From the NCBI GenBank assembly GCA_040285855.1, contig JAUFOQ010000010.1:1-64000 (forward strand): a stretch of DNA of 64,000 nucleotides, written 5' to 3'. Source of the stretch: Eukaryota sp. GEM-RC1. Its lineage: Eukaryota. Under the pieces are notes generated by a model. The model saw nothing but the letters and a program-made list of their open reading frames with translations. It did no database searches and was not told the origin of the DNA. Shown in pieces: positions 27,470-40,376 of this stretch. A program made the position numbers and the translations under genes. Each line of letters opens with the position of its first letter. The stretch's first letter is position 1.

Positions 27470-29392
27470 GTACCACCAGAAAACGGATCCCCTTTCATGC
27501 TACAACTTCGCACTTGAATGCAGAAGATACTCCAGAGCTAGAGGACGTGGTATTGATGCTGCTAAGCATCTCCTGGATTTAGAAAACCAAGTGCAAGCTT
27601 GGCGATCAATCGCTGATCCTAAAACCATGGATGAACTCCTTTCTCCGTTTGAGGATCAACTCTCAATCAACAAACCAACTCATTGTGAGCCCCTCCATGG
27701 ATTGGATCTCGCAAGAGACCTCCTCTTGAATGTGGATGTCCGCGGCTTACGGCTGCATGTTGATCCAATGATTTTCACCTTTTGGAAGAATGATGGGACT
27801 ATCCCCACATTTTTAAATAATTGGTACATCTGGGAACGTATCATTATTGACACCCAGGCCGAAAATCCTCGTCAAGAAGAAGCCGTGATCGCCGACTATA
27901 CCATGGACTGGTCAATGAACAGAAGGTTCAGGTCCGATAGGGAACGGTGGGAGGATTATCTACGTCGTTTCACCAGAGTTGCTAACTCCTGCACTCTAAT
28001 CCTCATTGATGAAAATCATTTGTACAGCTTTGACGTTCGGCTAATGATGAGGCATTTTGCAAGGAACGTTAAAATCCCCATCGTCTACCATGACGTTGAG
28101 TATTTCTTTAAGGACAAGAAAAAATTCGCTGAATACACCACTAACGAGACCATCAAGAACATAAAGGATCGTTATCTCAACTGGTGTAGTCAACACCCAA
28201 ACTTAGACTCAGCCAGTCTTGCCTTAGCTGACCAACGTATCTTGGATGATACAAGAATCTCCACCCCTCCCCTAACCAACAGTGGAGTTGCCGACATTAG
28301 GCACTCAAGCGTCCCTCGATTCCCCCCCTCCAGAAGGCTCTGAATTTTTCAAGAAGTTTTGCGTCAGACAGTGACGACGATGCTCACCACTCCCACAAAT
28401 AGAAAAAACGTCGTGGTCGGAAATCCAGTGGCAAATCCCATGCCCAGAGGTCCCAACCTACAACTCCCAGCGCCCCCAATTCCAACGTATGCAAATACTG
28501 CAAAGAACCAGGCCACGCTGTAGAAATGTGTCCCAAGCCAGGATGCAAATCCTCCTCACTGTATACTGGTAATGCAGACCACAGCCGCAAGACCCGCCGT
28601 TTAGGCAACGTAGGTAAACGTAGTAATAAATCTGATAACTATCTTTATTTCATAGACACCTCTACATCCCCACAATCACTCAACAACCCTATCAGAGATT
28701 TAATCATTGATACACCCTGGGTCATGAGTATAAACAGCAATCCCCACAACAAATTCATAAATTTGAATTTGTTGGTTAACGATGTCCCAGTAACCGGAAC
28801 CATCGATTCAGGCGCACAAATCTCAGTCATCACATCCGATTTAGCCGAATCCTGCAAGATGAAGATTTCACATGATACTTTATCATACATCACTGCAGAT
28901 GGAAACCGTACATCGTCCTTAGGCACAGCCAAAGGTGTTCTTGCGTTCACACTGAATAGCAGCTAACCTAGTGTTTGTAGATCACTCATTCCCAATTGTT
29001 ACAGGTACCCAAACAATGCTCATTGGGATCGATTTACTAAACAAACTAGGGCTATTAACAGAGGACAGTCTAGTAATAAAACTAGATAAAGAACATAACA
29101 TCATCATGAAAGATGAATCAGAATTCGATCACCTAATGAGCACACCTCCATCAGTGGAATCAATCAGAGACACCGATCATTCTACATCATTCAATCCAGT
29201 TGAATCAGGTTGCACAATCACTTTGGACAATCCTCTTCTAAATCAACAACTGTCATCCCTCCTAGAAGAGTTCAGGATCATATTCCAATCAGCACTACAC
29301 CCTGATGGAATTGATTGTCCACTAATGAGAATCCCCTTCCATGACGAATCAACTGTCGTAAAACGGAAACCTCGTCTCTTCAATCCTGAAGT
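27470..29392 (+). mobile_element. Degenerate Ty3/gypsy family 2: gag, zinc knuckle, aspartic protease, start of RT region
   Basis: CKYCKEPGHAVEMC knuckle (~28490-28530), protease IDSGAQISVI and LIGIDLL, then HPDGIDCP..VVKRKPR similar to the pol at 54806. Frameshifted. Confidence 0.88.
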
Positions 29393-29880
29393 GTTTGACA
29401 TACAGAAGTATGGAGTGAAATTAATATGGTTTATGATTGCTATTAGCTATTATATATCTACACTACTTCTTCTCCTTCTTCGAGTTATCTTTGTTATTGG
29501 AGTTTTATTGGACTTAGCTTTGGATGAGGTTCTCTTTCTGGGACTCGATGGAGGATTACTATTATTTTTCATAAACTCGACATAGGCTTTAATGTTTTTA
29601 ATGCTAGAAGAAGCAACTGTTGTGATATCACCGCCATACCACAGAACAGAACACATAAGTCCTTCATGTGAGTGGAACTGTTCCAACACTTGGATAATGA
29701 CATGTTCTTCCTTATCACCTGCTGCGACTTGTTGATGTATACCATGGTTAGATGGAAGGTCGGAGTTGTACAGCTTACATTGATGTACACTGGCTTGGGA
29801 CTCAACGCCAGATACAAGGTTCTTGATTTTCAAGGATGATGGTGAACAGATCTCGATGACCAGGAATGGGTCACAGTGTT
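29393..29880 (-). mobile_element. Gypsy integrase C-terminus with chromodomain-like region, opposite orientation to the adjacent gag-protease
   Basis: SVHQCKLY..DKEEHVIIQVL..SVLWYGG..AYVEFM aligns with SVHLCKPF..DKEEFTI..YVEW..AYSRFM of 58002-58469. Confidence 0.8.
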
Positions 29881-30204
29881 TGCCATGAAGCTTTGTAGCA
29901 GTGTCTTTCTTTCTTTGGCGTTCAGTGCAATTATTGGGACTAATATTGTGAATCTAGTGAAGTCTAACAGTCTATCACGTGATAATGACATGAGATGACG
30001 TGAGCAAGGAACCACGACACTTCTTAAAATAAGGTATGATGACGTTTACGATATCTGTAACACTGTTGATCTCCCAGAACTATTTGGAACTATTTCCCTG
30101 ATCAAGCTTCTTTCGTCAGGATGTAAATTAAAGAGGTTACCCGGAAGTTAGAGTAACAAAAGTCCTCCTAGAACGGCGTTTTAAGTGATGTATGAGAGAT
30201 AGTA

Positions 30205-30623
30205 TTTACTACTTGTCTAGCAGGACGAATGCTTGACGGATTTGTTCAACAACATTTACGGAGTTAACGACAACCTTCTAATTACTGCCTTTTTGGACTC
30301 TTTCAGTACATGACAGGAGGTGTTCCTCCACCAGACGAAATAGACCCGTTATCAGCTTTTTCCTTCACAAACGATATGGCAACACGGTTCAAGGACGATT
30401 TTTCACCTCTTCCATCCAAGTTTGACGGTGTTCCTGTTGTGAAAGACAGTTTGTGATCATCAATCTTTCCTTCAGATTTTAGTGAAACCTCATGGCATCA
30501 TCCTTTCTATGGTTCTCTTGTCTTGAATTTAAGTGATTCTATTGTTGATTCTGAAGTGAAATATAATATCCTGCCTTTAGAACTCTCTCATTTTCATAGC
30601 AATGTTTACTATGCTGATTCAGC
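30205..30623 (+). pseudogene. Broken copy of the unknown gene at 40990-41598
   Basis: Near-identical sequence (MTGGVPPPDEIDPL..NVYYADSA) with a stop and a frameshift. Confidence 0.75.
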
Positions 30624-30921
30624 GAATTGTAGTTCCCGTCTTTTAAGGAGTGCTTTGAATCATGCAAACAAAAGCGGAAACAGAAGGTTTTGCTATTCGT
30701 ATACGTTTTCTGCTATGCAAGTGGATCCTACGAACAGAAGGCACCCTCCCACCCCCCCCCCCCCGGTCAAATCATCAGAAACGAAAAAGGTCGAATGTCC
30801 ATGGAAGGTGTACATAAAACAATCCGTGTCAGGTAATTGGTTAGTAGATGAGAGACAGAATGGCCACTCACACCCACTGGTATTCGAAAGCTCTCATACT
30901 ACAATTCGCTGTTATCTGTAG
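30624..30921 (+). pseudogene. FAR1/WRKY-GCM1-type DNA-binding domain fragment of a Mutator-like transposase
   Basis: TKKVECPWKVYIK..WLV..NGHSHPL pattern. Confidence 0.65.
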
Positions 30922-31639
30922 GAGAAGGTGTTATATGTAATTCATTAAGAACCATAGACTGTCACACAAGTTGATGATAAATAAATAAGTTAGAAGTATT
31001 AGAAGAATTTAATATTTGTCACACAGATAGCCGTTTTTGGAATAGCCAAATTCGGAGTATGATTTTCGATTAAACTGTTCTACTTGAGAGCCATATTCGG
31101 ACTGTTTAAGCTTTTCTGCATCTGTGAACGGATTGAAAAGAACCTAATATCCTGCTGAAACAGAAATGTGAGTATGCTGTGAAAACAACTTTAAATTCAC
31201 AATGCACTATTTCTGTTTGTAATACAACTAAAACTAATGATGACCGATCAATCATCAATCTATGTTAACAACTCCACATTGTGGTATCGTAGTCGAATAT
31301 TTCTGATGTTGTCAACTAAGTGTTGTACCCAAATATAAGTTCAGATGCATGTTGTATTGATTTTTGGAGAACTTTTAATAATCATAAAAGTGTTCTTTAA
31401 AGTAGTACCGAAACAGAGTGTGTAACTAGAAGCTGGAGTAAATGATAGATCTTTCAAATATCATGTTTAATGAGTTTCACCATCAAAGAAAAATCGAAGA
31501 CGTGGGCAATTACAAACAGAAGGTCATCTATTCATGATGATCAATTAGTGGTTTTACTGTTCTACTGAACTTCTACATCTAAACTACTATTTCTTCAGAA
31601 CCTCTACATAAAAAAAAAACAAAGAGTTTATACTTTATT

Positions 31640-32350
31640 TTTGGAGCAACGAGTGTTGTTTTAATGATATATGTATCAAATTTTAGTTGTCTGGTCTATT
31701 ACATTTATAATAAATAAAATACAAAAGAATATTTTCTGAACAAGCCAAGCAGGATAAGTACAAGAAACCATTGATGGCTTTAAAACATGTAAAACATGTT
31801 GAGTACGATTTATGCCCTTTTGCTGTTTCTATTTATGGATGTTTAGGAAAAGTGCATTGAATTTTTTAAACGATTTCGGAAAAATCATTAAAAATAGGAT
31901 GAACAAACGTTTTGATCATATGTATGTTGTGGACGAATCGTTTCGTTTTTATTATATTTAAAACAATTCCATAATCATCTCCAATGCTTTATTAGCTGTG
32001 CGTTCCTTGTATGAGGACAAAGCTGTTGTAAGATTTGGTAGCGACGAGAGTTGTTTTAATGATGTCAAATTTTAGTTGTTTAGTCTACTACATCTAGAAT
32101 AAATAATGTTTAATTGTTTCACAAACAGTAAAAACGATCCGATTCGACCATAACTTATGGTCGAATCGGATCGTTTTTACTGTTTGTAAAACACTAGCCC
32201 TAATCATCTCCAAAACTTTATTAGCAGTGAGTTCGTTTTATGAGGACAAAGCTGTTGTAAGGTTCGATAGCGACGGGTGTTGTTTTAATGATATCAAATT
32301 TTAGTAGTTTGATATATTACATTTAATATATATATAATATATTACATTTA
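31640..32350 (+). mobile_element. Three stacked 3' ends of an RLE non-LTR retrotransposon family
   Basis: KQDKYKKP..YDLCPFAVSIYGCLG resembles the RLE tail FVPSAISIFGNIG of 59555-60355. The end sequence GTTGTTTTAATGAT..CAAATTTTAGT..TTACAT occurs three times. Confidence 0.65.
32121..32187. repeat. 67-bp palindrome (33-bp perfect arms, 1-nt spacer)
   Basis: ACAAACAGTAAAAACGATCCGATTCGACCATAA-C-TTATGGTCGAATCGGATCGTTTTTACTGTTTGT. Confidence 0.92.
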
Positions 32351-32521
32351 AAATAAAAGAAAATGCTTTCAAAAAAATTGTGTAGAAAATGATTGATATT
32401 GTGCTCAATATTGTAAATTGAGAGGTCGAACATTAAGTTCGATTTTGCAACATTAGTGGACAATACAATATATTTGTTGTGGTTGCTGCTTAAAACTTAG
32501 ATTCAAGATGTTTCCAGTAAA

Positions 32522-33362
32522 TTATACCAGCAATAATCGTCTATCCACCTTTATAAATAAGCTATTCCATATAAACCCGATTGTCCCAATAAACACGTGT
32601 TGGACAGTGTTGAGCTTAGAAACTCCATATTCTTTAGCCAAATCTTCTATTAAATTAAAAATTCTATTCAAAATTAGAAAATATTCTGAAGGGGCTTTGA
32701 ACACGTCAACATCTGGAATTCCAACGACTTCAACAAAAATAACACATGAGTTATCACATTGGAAGGCTGAAAGATCTTTATTCCAAGCCTTAATTGACAT
32801 GATCATCTTCAACAAAGTGGAAGATCTTTTCTTGAGTTTTCTTAATTCAATTAACTCTGTCCAAAACTTTCTGACTTGTACTTCCGCAAATCTGTGTAAC
32901 AACAAATTAAGTAAAACAAAAGTCACCAGACTCGTGGTAACAGTAGCTTTGAATTGGAAAGAAGTTTGGTAATTAAGCACATGGATGACGTTGATGATAG
33001 TCACGACTGTGATAAAGAGGAACACTCGGAACCAAGATACAATACCGGAAGTGAAGATCAGTATGACAGGTAGAAGTATAATGAATAGACCGTGGTACGG
33101 GGAAATGTAGAAGGTGGTGACAGCTAGTGATGACACGGCAGTGAAAACAACGAACAAGTAGAGGGATGAGCATGACTTGTAAGTACAGAGCATGGTGAAG
33201 ACCCAAAGCTCCAATCCGATGAGGAAGATGGCCACAAGAAGACCCCAGAGAGTGTAGTGTTGTTGATACACCGTAATTGCGCTCTAAGTTTAGGTGGAGA
33301 TGAGAAGATTCTACAAAGACAGAAAATGTATCAGCATCATGTTCATCTTTTTTCCATCTCAA
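32522..33362 (-). pseudogene. Multi-pass membrane adenylate/guanylate cyclase-like gene fragment
   Basis: About 5-6 hydrophobic helices, then CVIFVEVVGI..ILNRIFNLIEDLAKEYGVSKLNTVQHVFIG, matching the class III cyclase N-terminal half with degenerate metal-binding Asp positions. Ends not resolved. Confidence 0.65.
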
Positions 33363-34339
33363 GTAGGAGATGAACTCCTTTCGAAACGTTTCTTCCTGTC
33401 CCTTCTCGTGGTTACACTAGCACCATTTTGTTGCTGCAAAGCGCAGTAATTGGTTGATATTGTAGGAAGAAGTGTCTTTTATCGAGCATATAAGTGTCAA
33501 TTACCCCACTTCTGGTGATCCTGTCTTCTGAGGGTAAACATCATATCGTCCGCCCACTTCTTATCAACCTTCCCCCTTCTTCCTTTTCGTTTCTTTCTTG
33601 TCTCGTCCATTGTTACCATTGTCCTTTACGAACTCTCCCTCTTCTTCATTCCTGGTCTATAAGGTTACTCAGATAATTCTCATGTTGCTTCTTCTAACTG
33701 CCTTTACATCTCAAAAACACGCCAGTTGTTTTGTCTGCTTTTCAATTGACTCTCTCTAGATCTTTGGATCACTTCTTGTATCCACTTAGTGAGAGAATTT
33801 CTAGAGTCAGGGATGCTGTTGATTGTTGTCTAATCTGATTGATTCTCTGAATGTTTATTGATGACGAGATTTGGTTTCTTCTTTAGACACGAATTTTGCC
33901 GTTGATGCATTTGCGTTTAAAGTTTTTCATATCGTGTTACTTGAAGAGATTGATTTTTTGTAAATTTTCACATTATTATCTTTTTTTGAGTATTTCGTTT
34001 CTCCTGATGATGAAAGTAATTTTCGTTATTTATCTGTATTTCTATAATTCAGTTCATTTTTGAATATATGCATACTTACGATTCTTTAGAAAATTTGAAT
34101 TTTTCAAAATCATTCTTTGAAACAACCTATTTAGTCCGCTGTAGTCGTATATACTACTATAGAAAGTGGGAAACGGATTCCAGAAATTTTTCTTAGTTTT
34201 TTCATAATTATAGGTATCCATCAATTATCTCATGACAGTGCCTGGTGTGTCTGTTTTTGACAACGAAACTAATTTATAACTAATTTTTATTTGATAATCT
34301 ACTATAATATCATACATCTACATCAATTAATCACAGTCC

Positions 34340-34845
34340 ATCTACATCTTCCTCATGACAGAGAATGACTTCATCTGATCTCTCTTTGGTCAATTCTTCA
34401 GACACAGTTTCATCAATGTTGGATGGAATCAATGATGCCTCCAAATCTTCTTTAAAATTGTGTGTGGTATTAGAATAATACTTATAAATCGAAGATCACA
34501 TAGGATCTGTGTTCAACAATTGTACATCTCCAAAGATGACATTGCTGAATCTCACTCTCGTCAACATGACGTCATCCTTCGATGGTCAGTCAAAAAACCA
34601 ATACATTGAACTTTTTTGTTTTTGTTCAAAATACGGACTGTACTTAGAGTTAGTCAATTTCTCTAAAGTTTTTGAGGGAGATTTGCGAAGGTCGATCGTG
34701 GGATCTGTTCCAAAGATCATCTCAAAGGGGGTGTAGCAGGTTCTTCTGCACTTTGTACAGTTAATGAGAAGCTGCGTCATCGGTAGATAACCGGACCAGT
34801 TGTCTTAATCGTTGAAGTCAGCAAGGAGTTTGCGGAGTGTATGTA
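34340..34845 (-). mobile_element. Gypsy integrase fragment
   Basis: DNWSGYLPMTQLLINCT..YTPFEMIFG parallels QNWSAHLPSIQLILNS..FSPYELIFG of the integrase at 57163. Confidence 0.75.
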
Positions 34846-35199
34846 GTAGACAGTTAATTAAAAACTCTTGACAGTTAATTAATTGGATCCAAAAATTATG
34901 GTCATGTTCTGATTGATCTTTGATCTTTTCAAAAACTGAATGCTGAAAAGCACAGGCTCCACGAATTATCTCCTCAAACTTCCACTAATTTGAGCCAATT
35001 AGTGGAAATTTATTATGAAAAGAATGGCAATTGTGGAAGACCAAAAAGCAGTGGTGGCTCCACTAAGTCCCTTTAAAAAGGCTCCACAATTATATGAGGA
35101 GAAACTTCAACGGAAAATGGAAGGTTAGCTTCAAATAACAAAATTAAATTACTCAGGCTAAGAACAGGAAATCTAATTTTTTTTCAATGTTGTGTTGTA

Positions 35200-36048
35200 G
35201 TGATAGCGACGATGTATATGTTGACATTCGTTCAAAATATTTGAAAAATGAGAGGATTTAAATGTTACACCAGAAAGATCTAATGCCAGCAGAGCAGTAT
35301 CCTCTCAACATTTCACATAAGGATTCCACTTCTTTGTCATTGAAAACACATTGATCAGTAGTTGATCAGTCATTAATTGAGAATGAAGAGATGCTGAAGG
35401 GTTCAATGAGGGAGTTTATTGAATCCAAAGTGGGAAGTCTTGCAGTAAGTACAGAAGAATCGCAGAACAACCCTCAAGGAAAATCTCTAATGAAAGAGCT
35501 TGCAAGAAAAAAAAGTATGTGTTCGTAACGAAGAACAATCAACTGAGTTAGATGAACTTGATATCTATCTCAGTGATGGACTGATTGAAATGGACCAAGA
35601 TCCTTTGATGTGGTGGAAACTTAATGAATCAAAGTTCCCTACACTTGCAAGAACATCTCGAATTGCACTATCAGTTCAAGCCTCTAATGTAGCTTCTGAG
35701 TCTCTTTTTTCACAAGCTGGAAGAGTTGTGACTCCTGACAGATCACGTCTAACAGATTTAAATGTTGAAGCATGTGTCTGTCTTAAGCGGTGGACAGTAG
35801 AATAATAATGGTTAATAATGTACTTAATAAAGATTGTTTATGATGTGAAACTCAAGCTCAGACTCAGACTCAGATACTATGATTGGGACTCAGACTCAGA
35901 CTCAGATACGGTGAGTCGGACTCAGACTCAGACTCAGACTAGTTGAGTTCCACTCAGACTCAGACTCAGATACGGTGAGTCGGACTCAGACTCAGACTTA
36001 CAATAGCTGAGTCCGACTCGAGTCCGACTCGAGTCTTGTACACCCCTA
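35200..36048 (+). mobile_element. Right part of an hAT element: hATC dimerisation domain plus GACTCA subterminal repeats
   Basis: ELDIYL..DPLMWWK..FPTLA..QASNVASESLFSQAG..RSRL (35500-35805). (GACTCA)n clusters at 35850-36035 end in CCCCTA. Left end not identified. Confidence 0.85.
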
Positions 36049-36096
36049 CTTGTTGGACAAATTGGCACAAGTTACTCCGTTCCAGCTTCGTCCACT

Positions 36097-37583
36097 ATGA
36101 GAAACACGCTTATGCCTAATGTGTATTCAGAAGAAAAGGAAAATGTTGACTACGACATCAAAAAAAATTTAAATGGTTGGACTCTTACCACTGACGGTTG
36201 GAGTGATGGTGATCGATCACTCATCAATTTCATTTTGGTTTCTCCTAATGTAACTACTTTTTTTAGAGCTCTCGATGTATCTGACAAACCAAAGACTGGG
36301 GAATACATCGCATTGTTAATTCAAGATGTCATTGCAGATATTGGAAAGGAAAAAATCATTCAAGTGGTAACTGATAGTGGATCCAATTTTGTGTCTGCTA
36401 TGTCTAAAGTACAAGAAGTTTATCCCAAAATTTTTCATACACGATGTTTGTGTCATAGTCTTGATTTGGTTTTGGAATCAATGCACAAATATTTCAATCA
36501 ATCATCGTATCCAGAAGTTTCATTTTTCGAACAAGTTCGTACAATTGTTACGTTTTTTACTGCCCACTCTAAGCCAAGAGCATTACTCAAAAATCATACT
36601 CATCTGAAGATTAGAAAATACCCAGAAACGAGATTTTACTACCGATTTTTAACATTGAAAAGAATAGTCCGAATTCGTGATGCTCTTGATAGTTTGATGG
36701 GTGATTTAAGTTATATCACATGGTGGAGAGCAATTGAAAGAGCTCAACAAAACGTCAATTTGAAACAGGAGGGTCGAACGATCAAGTTATTACTCGCAAC
36801 TCCGGACTTTTGGGAGCTCGTTGATGAAGTCCTGTCAATTATGAATCCGATAGTAAAACTCCTTCAGCTCGCAGATTCAGATCTACCCATACTAGGAAAG
36901 GTCATAAGCTATTTGGCAATAATTGATAGCAAATTGAACAATTTAGATCTGGTTCATATTGACGGAGTAACACATGGACGAACTATCATTTGTTTCCGAT
37001 CAAAGATTGTGCGAAGTATTAATAAATTGCACAGGGCAGCTTCCGTTCTAGAGCCAGAATTTCTGTTTCAGGGAATTTCACAGTCAGATCAAAATGTGCA
37101 AGCTCTTTTAGATGTGTCAAAGATGTACTTGGGTGCAGAAAACTCAAATGCCTCAGATGAATTAGGGAAGGTAGTAGGTAAAGCTGGATTGTTTGGAAGA
37201 ACAGATGTTCAACAATCTGCGAGGAACATGCCTGCTCATCTTTGGTGGAGGACTTATGGCAATTCATGTCCAAGTCTTCAAAAGTAGCAGTCAAAATTCT
37301 TGGGATGGTTTCGTCCAGTTCAAGCGCAGAAAGAAACTGGTCTGCTTATGGAAATGTCTTGACGGATAAGAGAAAAAACTTCACCAGTGCAAACTTGGAA
37401 AAGATCATCTTTATAAGATCCAATCAAAAGGATCGACATAGAGATGAGGCAAAGGCGTTTATTAGATGGGATATGTTCAATGAAGATTTGTCAGAAAACG
37501 AAGTAGAGCCTCTTGACGAAGATGAGATTGAGAACTCAGGTGTACAGAACATCGGTGAAGAACATGTTATAAATGTAGATTAG
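36097..37583 (+). pseudogene. hAT transposase (catalytic core + hATC), 5'-truncated, one frameshift in the A run at ~37280
   Basis: TTDGWSD, VVTDSGSN, CLCH, TRF, WW and SSAERNWS give a complete DDE triad. AACACGTGTT subterminal repeats run to a likely end at ~37832. Confidence 0.9.
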
Positions 37584-37859
37584 TAAGCTTACCACCATTG
37601 TTTTGGTCACTTTTCTTTGGTGGTGTACATTAATGTGACAATAAAGAATTTTGTATTATTGTGTTTACACGACAATGATATTTTATTTTGAGACTTATCA
37701 AAAGAAAAAGAGGAACACTCAAGCACAACGTGTTGAAAATGTCCTTAACGGTGTTAAGGATTTTGACAGCGTGTCAACACGCACTAACACGTGTTGACAC
37801 GTGTTAGTGTTAACACGTGTTTGCTCACTCTGGATGACAAACACTGTACAACTTTTAAT

Positions 37860-38330
37860 ACCCATCCCCACCGATTGTCCTCGAAAGTCTGCTTTTGAGA
37901 AAAACGTCAAACGATCGAAACAACTTGTTAAAGCGGGAGAACTCTCTAAAGCCTTTTCCACTCTCACCAGACCGGTAGTATCATTCTCCCTTACGAACGA
38001 ACAGGTCCTCCAGAAACTTCAGGACCTGCATCCCCAGTCAATGCTTCCGTTACCGATTAGAGCTAAAAGAGTTCGCTTTTCTACCCCTGAAACGATTGCT
38101 GCCCTCTCCATGATTTCGAAATCCGCTGTTGATCCCTAACCCAACCTCCAAAAATGTATCAATGTTCCTTCGTCAAAGATTCATTTCTTACCCAGCTTGT
38201 GAACAACATTGTGAACATCGATGTTGAACCTGCCATCCTCTCTGCCTTGAGCTCTTGCCATCTTCTACCTATCCCTAAAAAGGACGATGGTATCAGACCC
38301 GTCCCAGAAATTGTGTTGAAACTTACCTTT
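37860..38330 (+). mobile_element. Non-LTR (CRE-like) retrotransposon fragment, pre-RT region and first RT motifs
   Basis: GELSKAFSTL..LQDLHP and LLPIPKKDDGIRPV. Confidence 0.72.
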
Positions 38331-40122
38331 TGTCCAGACTTTAGCTGTTCCTTCTTGTTTCTTCTCTCATTTTTTAGACCAATCAATGGTCTTTTTGACT
38401 TAGAGATAGTGTGACGTTGAAAAATTCAATCTTTACTCATAAATCCAGTTTAACGAAATTTTTAAATCATACTATATGGCATAGTAACTATATATAGTAA
38501 CATTGTAGATAATTGAATTCAAATAAAAACTGAATGAATGTACAGAAAATTACTTTCTATACAGAATTCGCTTTTTAAAATAGAAAAAAAGTTGAGAACA
38601 GTGTTTTCAAGTTTTAAAAAAACTCACCTAAATAATACACACATCATGAAACATTCAAAATCTGCGTACATACTCACAGAAAATAGATCAAGGTCACTCA
38701 AACACTGTGAGACTTTTCCAAACATTATAACTTTCATTATAACATTTTCATTATAACAATAACACTTCTAGATCCAAACAAAAAGGACTACTTCAAAAAT
38801 TGACCAAATGGAATTGATAAATTAATTTAAAACAACACTACAGCCAATGCAATTGTATCTGGAGCATGAAGAAATGGTCAGTCTACGTGATATGACGTGA
38901 TGAGGGTCAAAACAAGTAGAAGTTCACAAGAGAAGAGATTTTGTCTTATATGAAAAACTTTAAAGAAAGAAGCAAAAGAAATGAAAATGGACTTGTTGTT
39001 AAAACAAATTTGCTTAAACACCGTTCGTGATGGAAAAGTAGAGCTCAAAAACCTTTGACTCACATAATTAACAATTTAAAACAGAAGGTGACGTTTCAGA
39101 CTCATTCGTTTTCTTCAAAGAAAAGAGTGGGTTCCCGATGACCTTCCAAGAGAAGATTTGAATATCACGTTTCCAATTGGGAAAGTGAAAAGTAGGAGTA
39201 TTGGAACAATTGAACTGGAAATGACCAGCATCGGATGAACATTAGAAGAAGAAGTAGATGTACTATTGACAGATGTTAGTCTTTCCAGTAGTATGTAAGA
39301 GAAGAAGAAGGAGAAAGCTGATGTACAACAGAAAACACGTGTTACAAATAAGAAGGATCCACTAATAGAACAAACATAAACACATCATGATCCCTGAGTT
39401 GATGAGGAAGAATTAATGTGGGGAAGGTGTTCTTCAAGTTTCAACAAGTTGGACAAGGATCTTGAAGAGTCTGCGCCAAAAGAACTCCGTCGGATCAAGT
39501 ACGTACAATCTTTCCACTGACAGACTGTGTCTTGAAATGAATGAGTAACCTCTAGCTCCAAACTCTTCACTCTGCTACCACCGCTCATTCATGACTCTTT
39601 GTTTCCATACAGTCCCCATTCTAGAAGGACCAGATCTTCAATCGAATAGCCTCTGATGTTTAACACTTCGATTGAATGCTTCATTTGGACGGATCTCTCG
39701 TTGTTCCCACCTGTTGTCCAAGAATAGAATACATTCACCCACCTTAGGATCTCCGCTTCTCGTTGTCATCCCTCATCTACGTCTCTGATACTTCTTCTTC
39801 TTGCGTTTTTCTGTCAATGGAAGTTATATTCTGCCTCTCAAACCTATTGCATCTACCCCAGAAGTCTTGCTGATCACGTGATCTGTCTCACTTAGTCTAA
39901 CCCTCTCTGTTGTCTTCACGTAGTGTCTGGTGAACTCATCTCTTTCCTCCTCTTATATCCAAAGCTGATGACGTCATCAAAGAAACTTCCTGTGGGGAAG
40001 GAGAGCATTGCTACGTTAGGATATTCATATTTGCACTCAAGATGTCGTCTCTACCTAAAGACTTCACTTGACTTCTTAATCTCATCTCTGACTCTTTAAA
40101 AGAAGAATAATGGCTCACCCAG

Positions 40123-40376
40123 TCACAACAGCAGGGATGATGACTTCATCATTCGTAGAAAGAACATCTTCCCCTGAAGCTTTGACCCATGTTAATTTAG
40201 GTGTTTCGTTCACCACTACGAGTGCTTTCAGGGAGTTTTCTGACAAATGTAGTCCTCATCAAAGTGATTTTACATCTGGTTTGGTTATCAATCTGTCGAA
40301 ATTAGTTCCACAACTGAAAGATTTCATTGACTCATTTGCCAATGAGAAGTTTGTTTTTCCCGAAGCTAAACTGTAA
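40123..40376 (+). pseudogene. CR NTPase+REase gene, copy 5; 3' fragment only
   Basis: TTAGMMTSSF..FPEAKL. The region 40123-41075 is an inverted duplicate of ~16577-17525. Confidence 0.88.

Larger units (their letters stand above)
19214..27581 (-). repeat. Right arm of the inverted segmental duplication (partner 1597-10006)
   Basis: Reverse complement of the telomere-proximal block; continues past 27581 into the gag sequence lost at the telomere. Confidence 0.95.

Noticed and set aside
1597..27581. Inverted repeat being purely an assembly fold-back artefact
   Set aside because: The arms differ by a TSD-flanked insertion and by many CR alleles, and the centre is asymmetric. Read support is still needed.
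35850..36040. Regularly spaced (GACTCA)n clusters resembling a repeat-spacer array
   Set aside because: Hexamer repeats next to an hATC domain and a CCCCTA end are hAT subterminal repeats; eukaryotic context, no cas genes.
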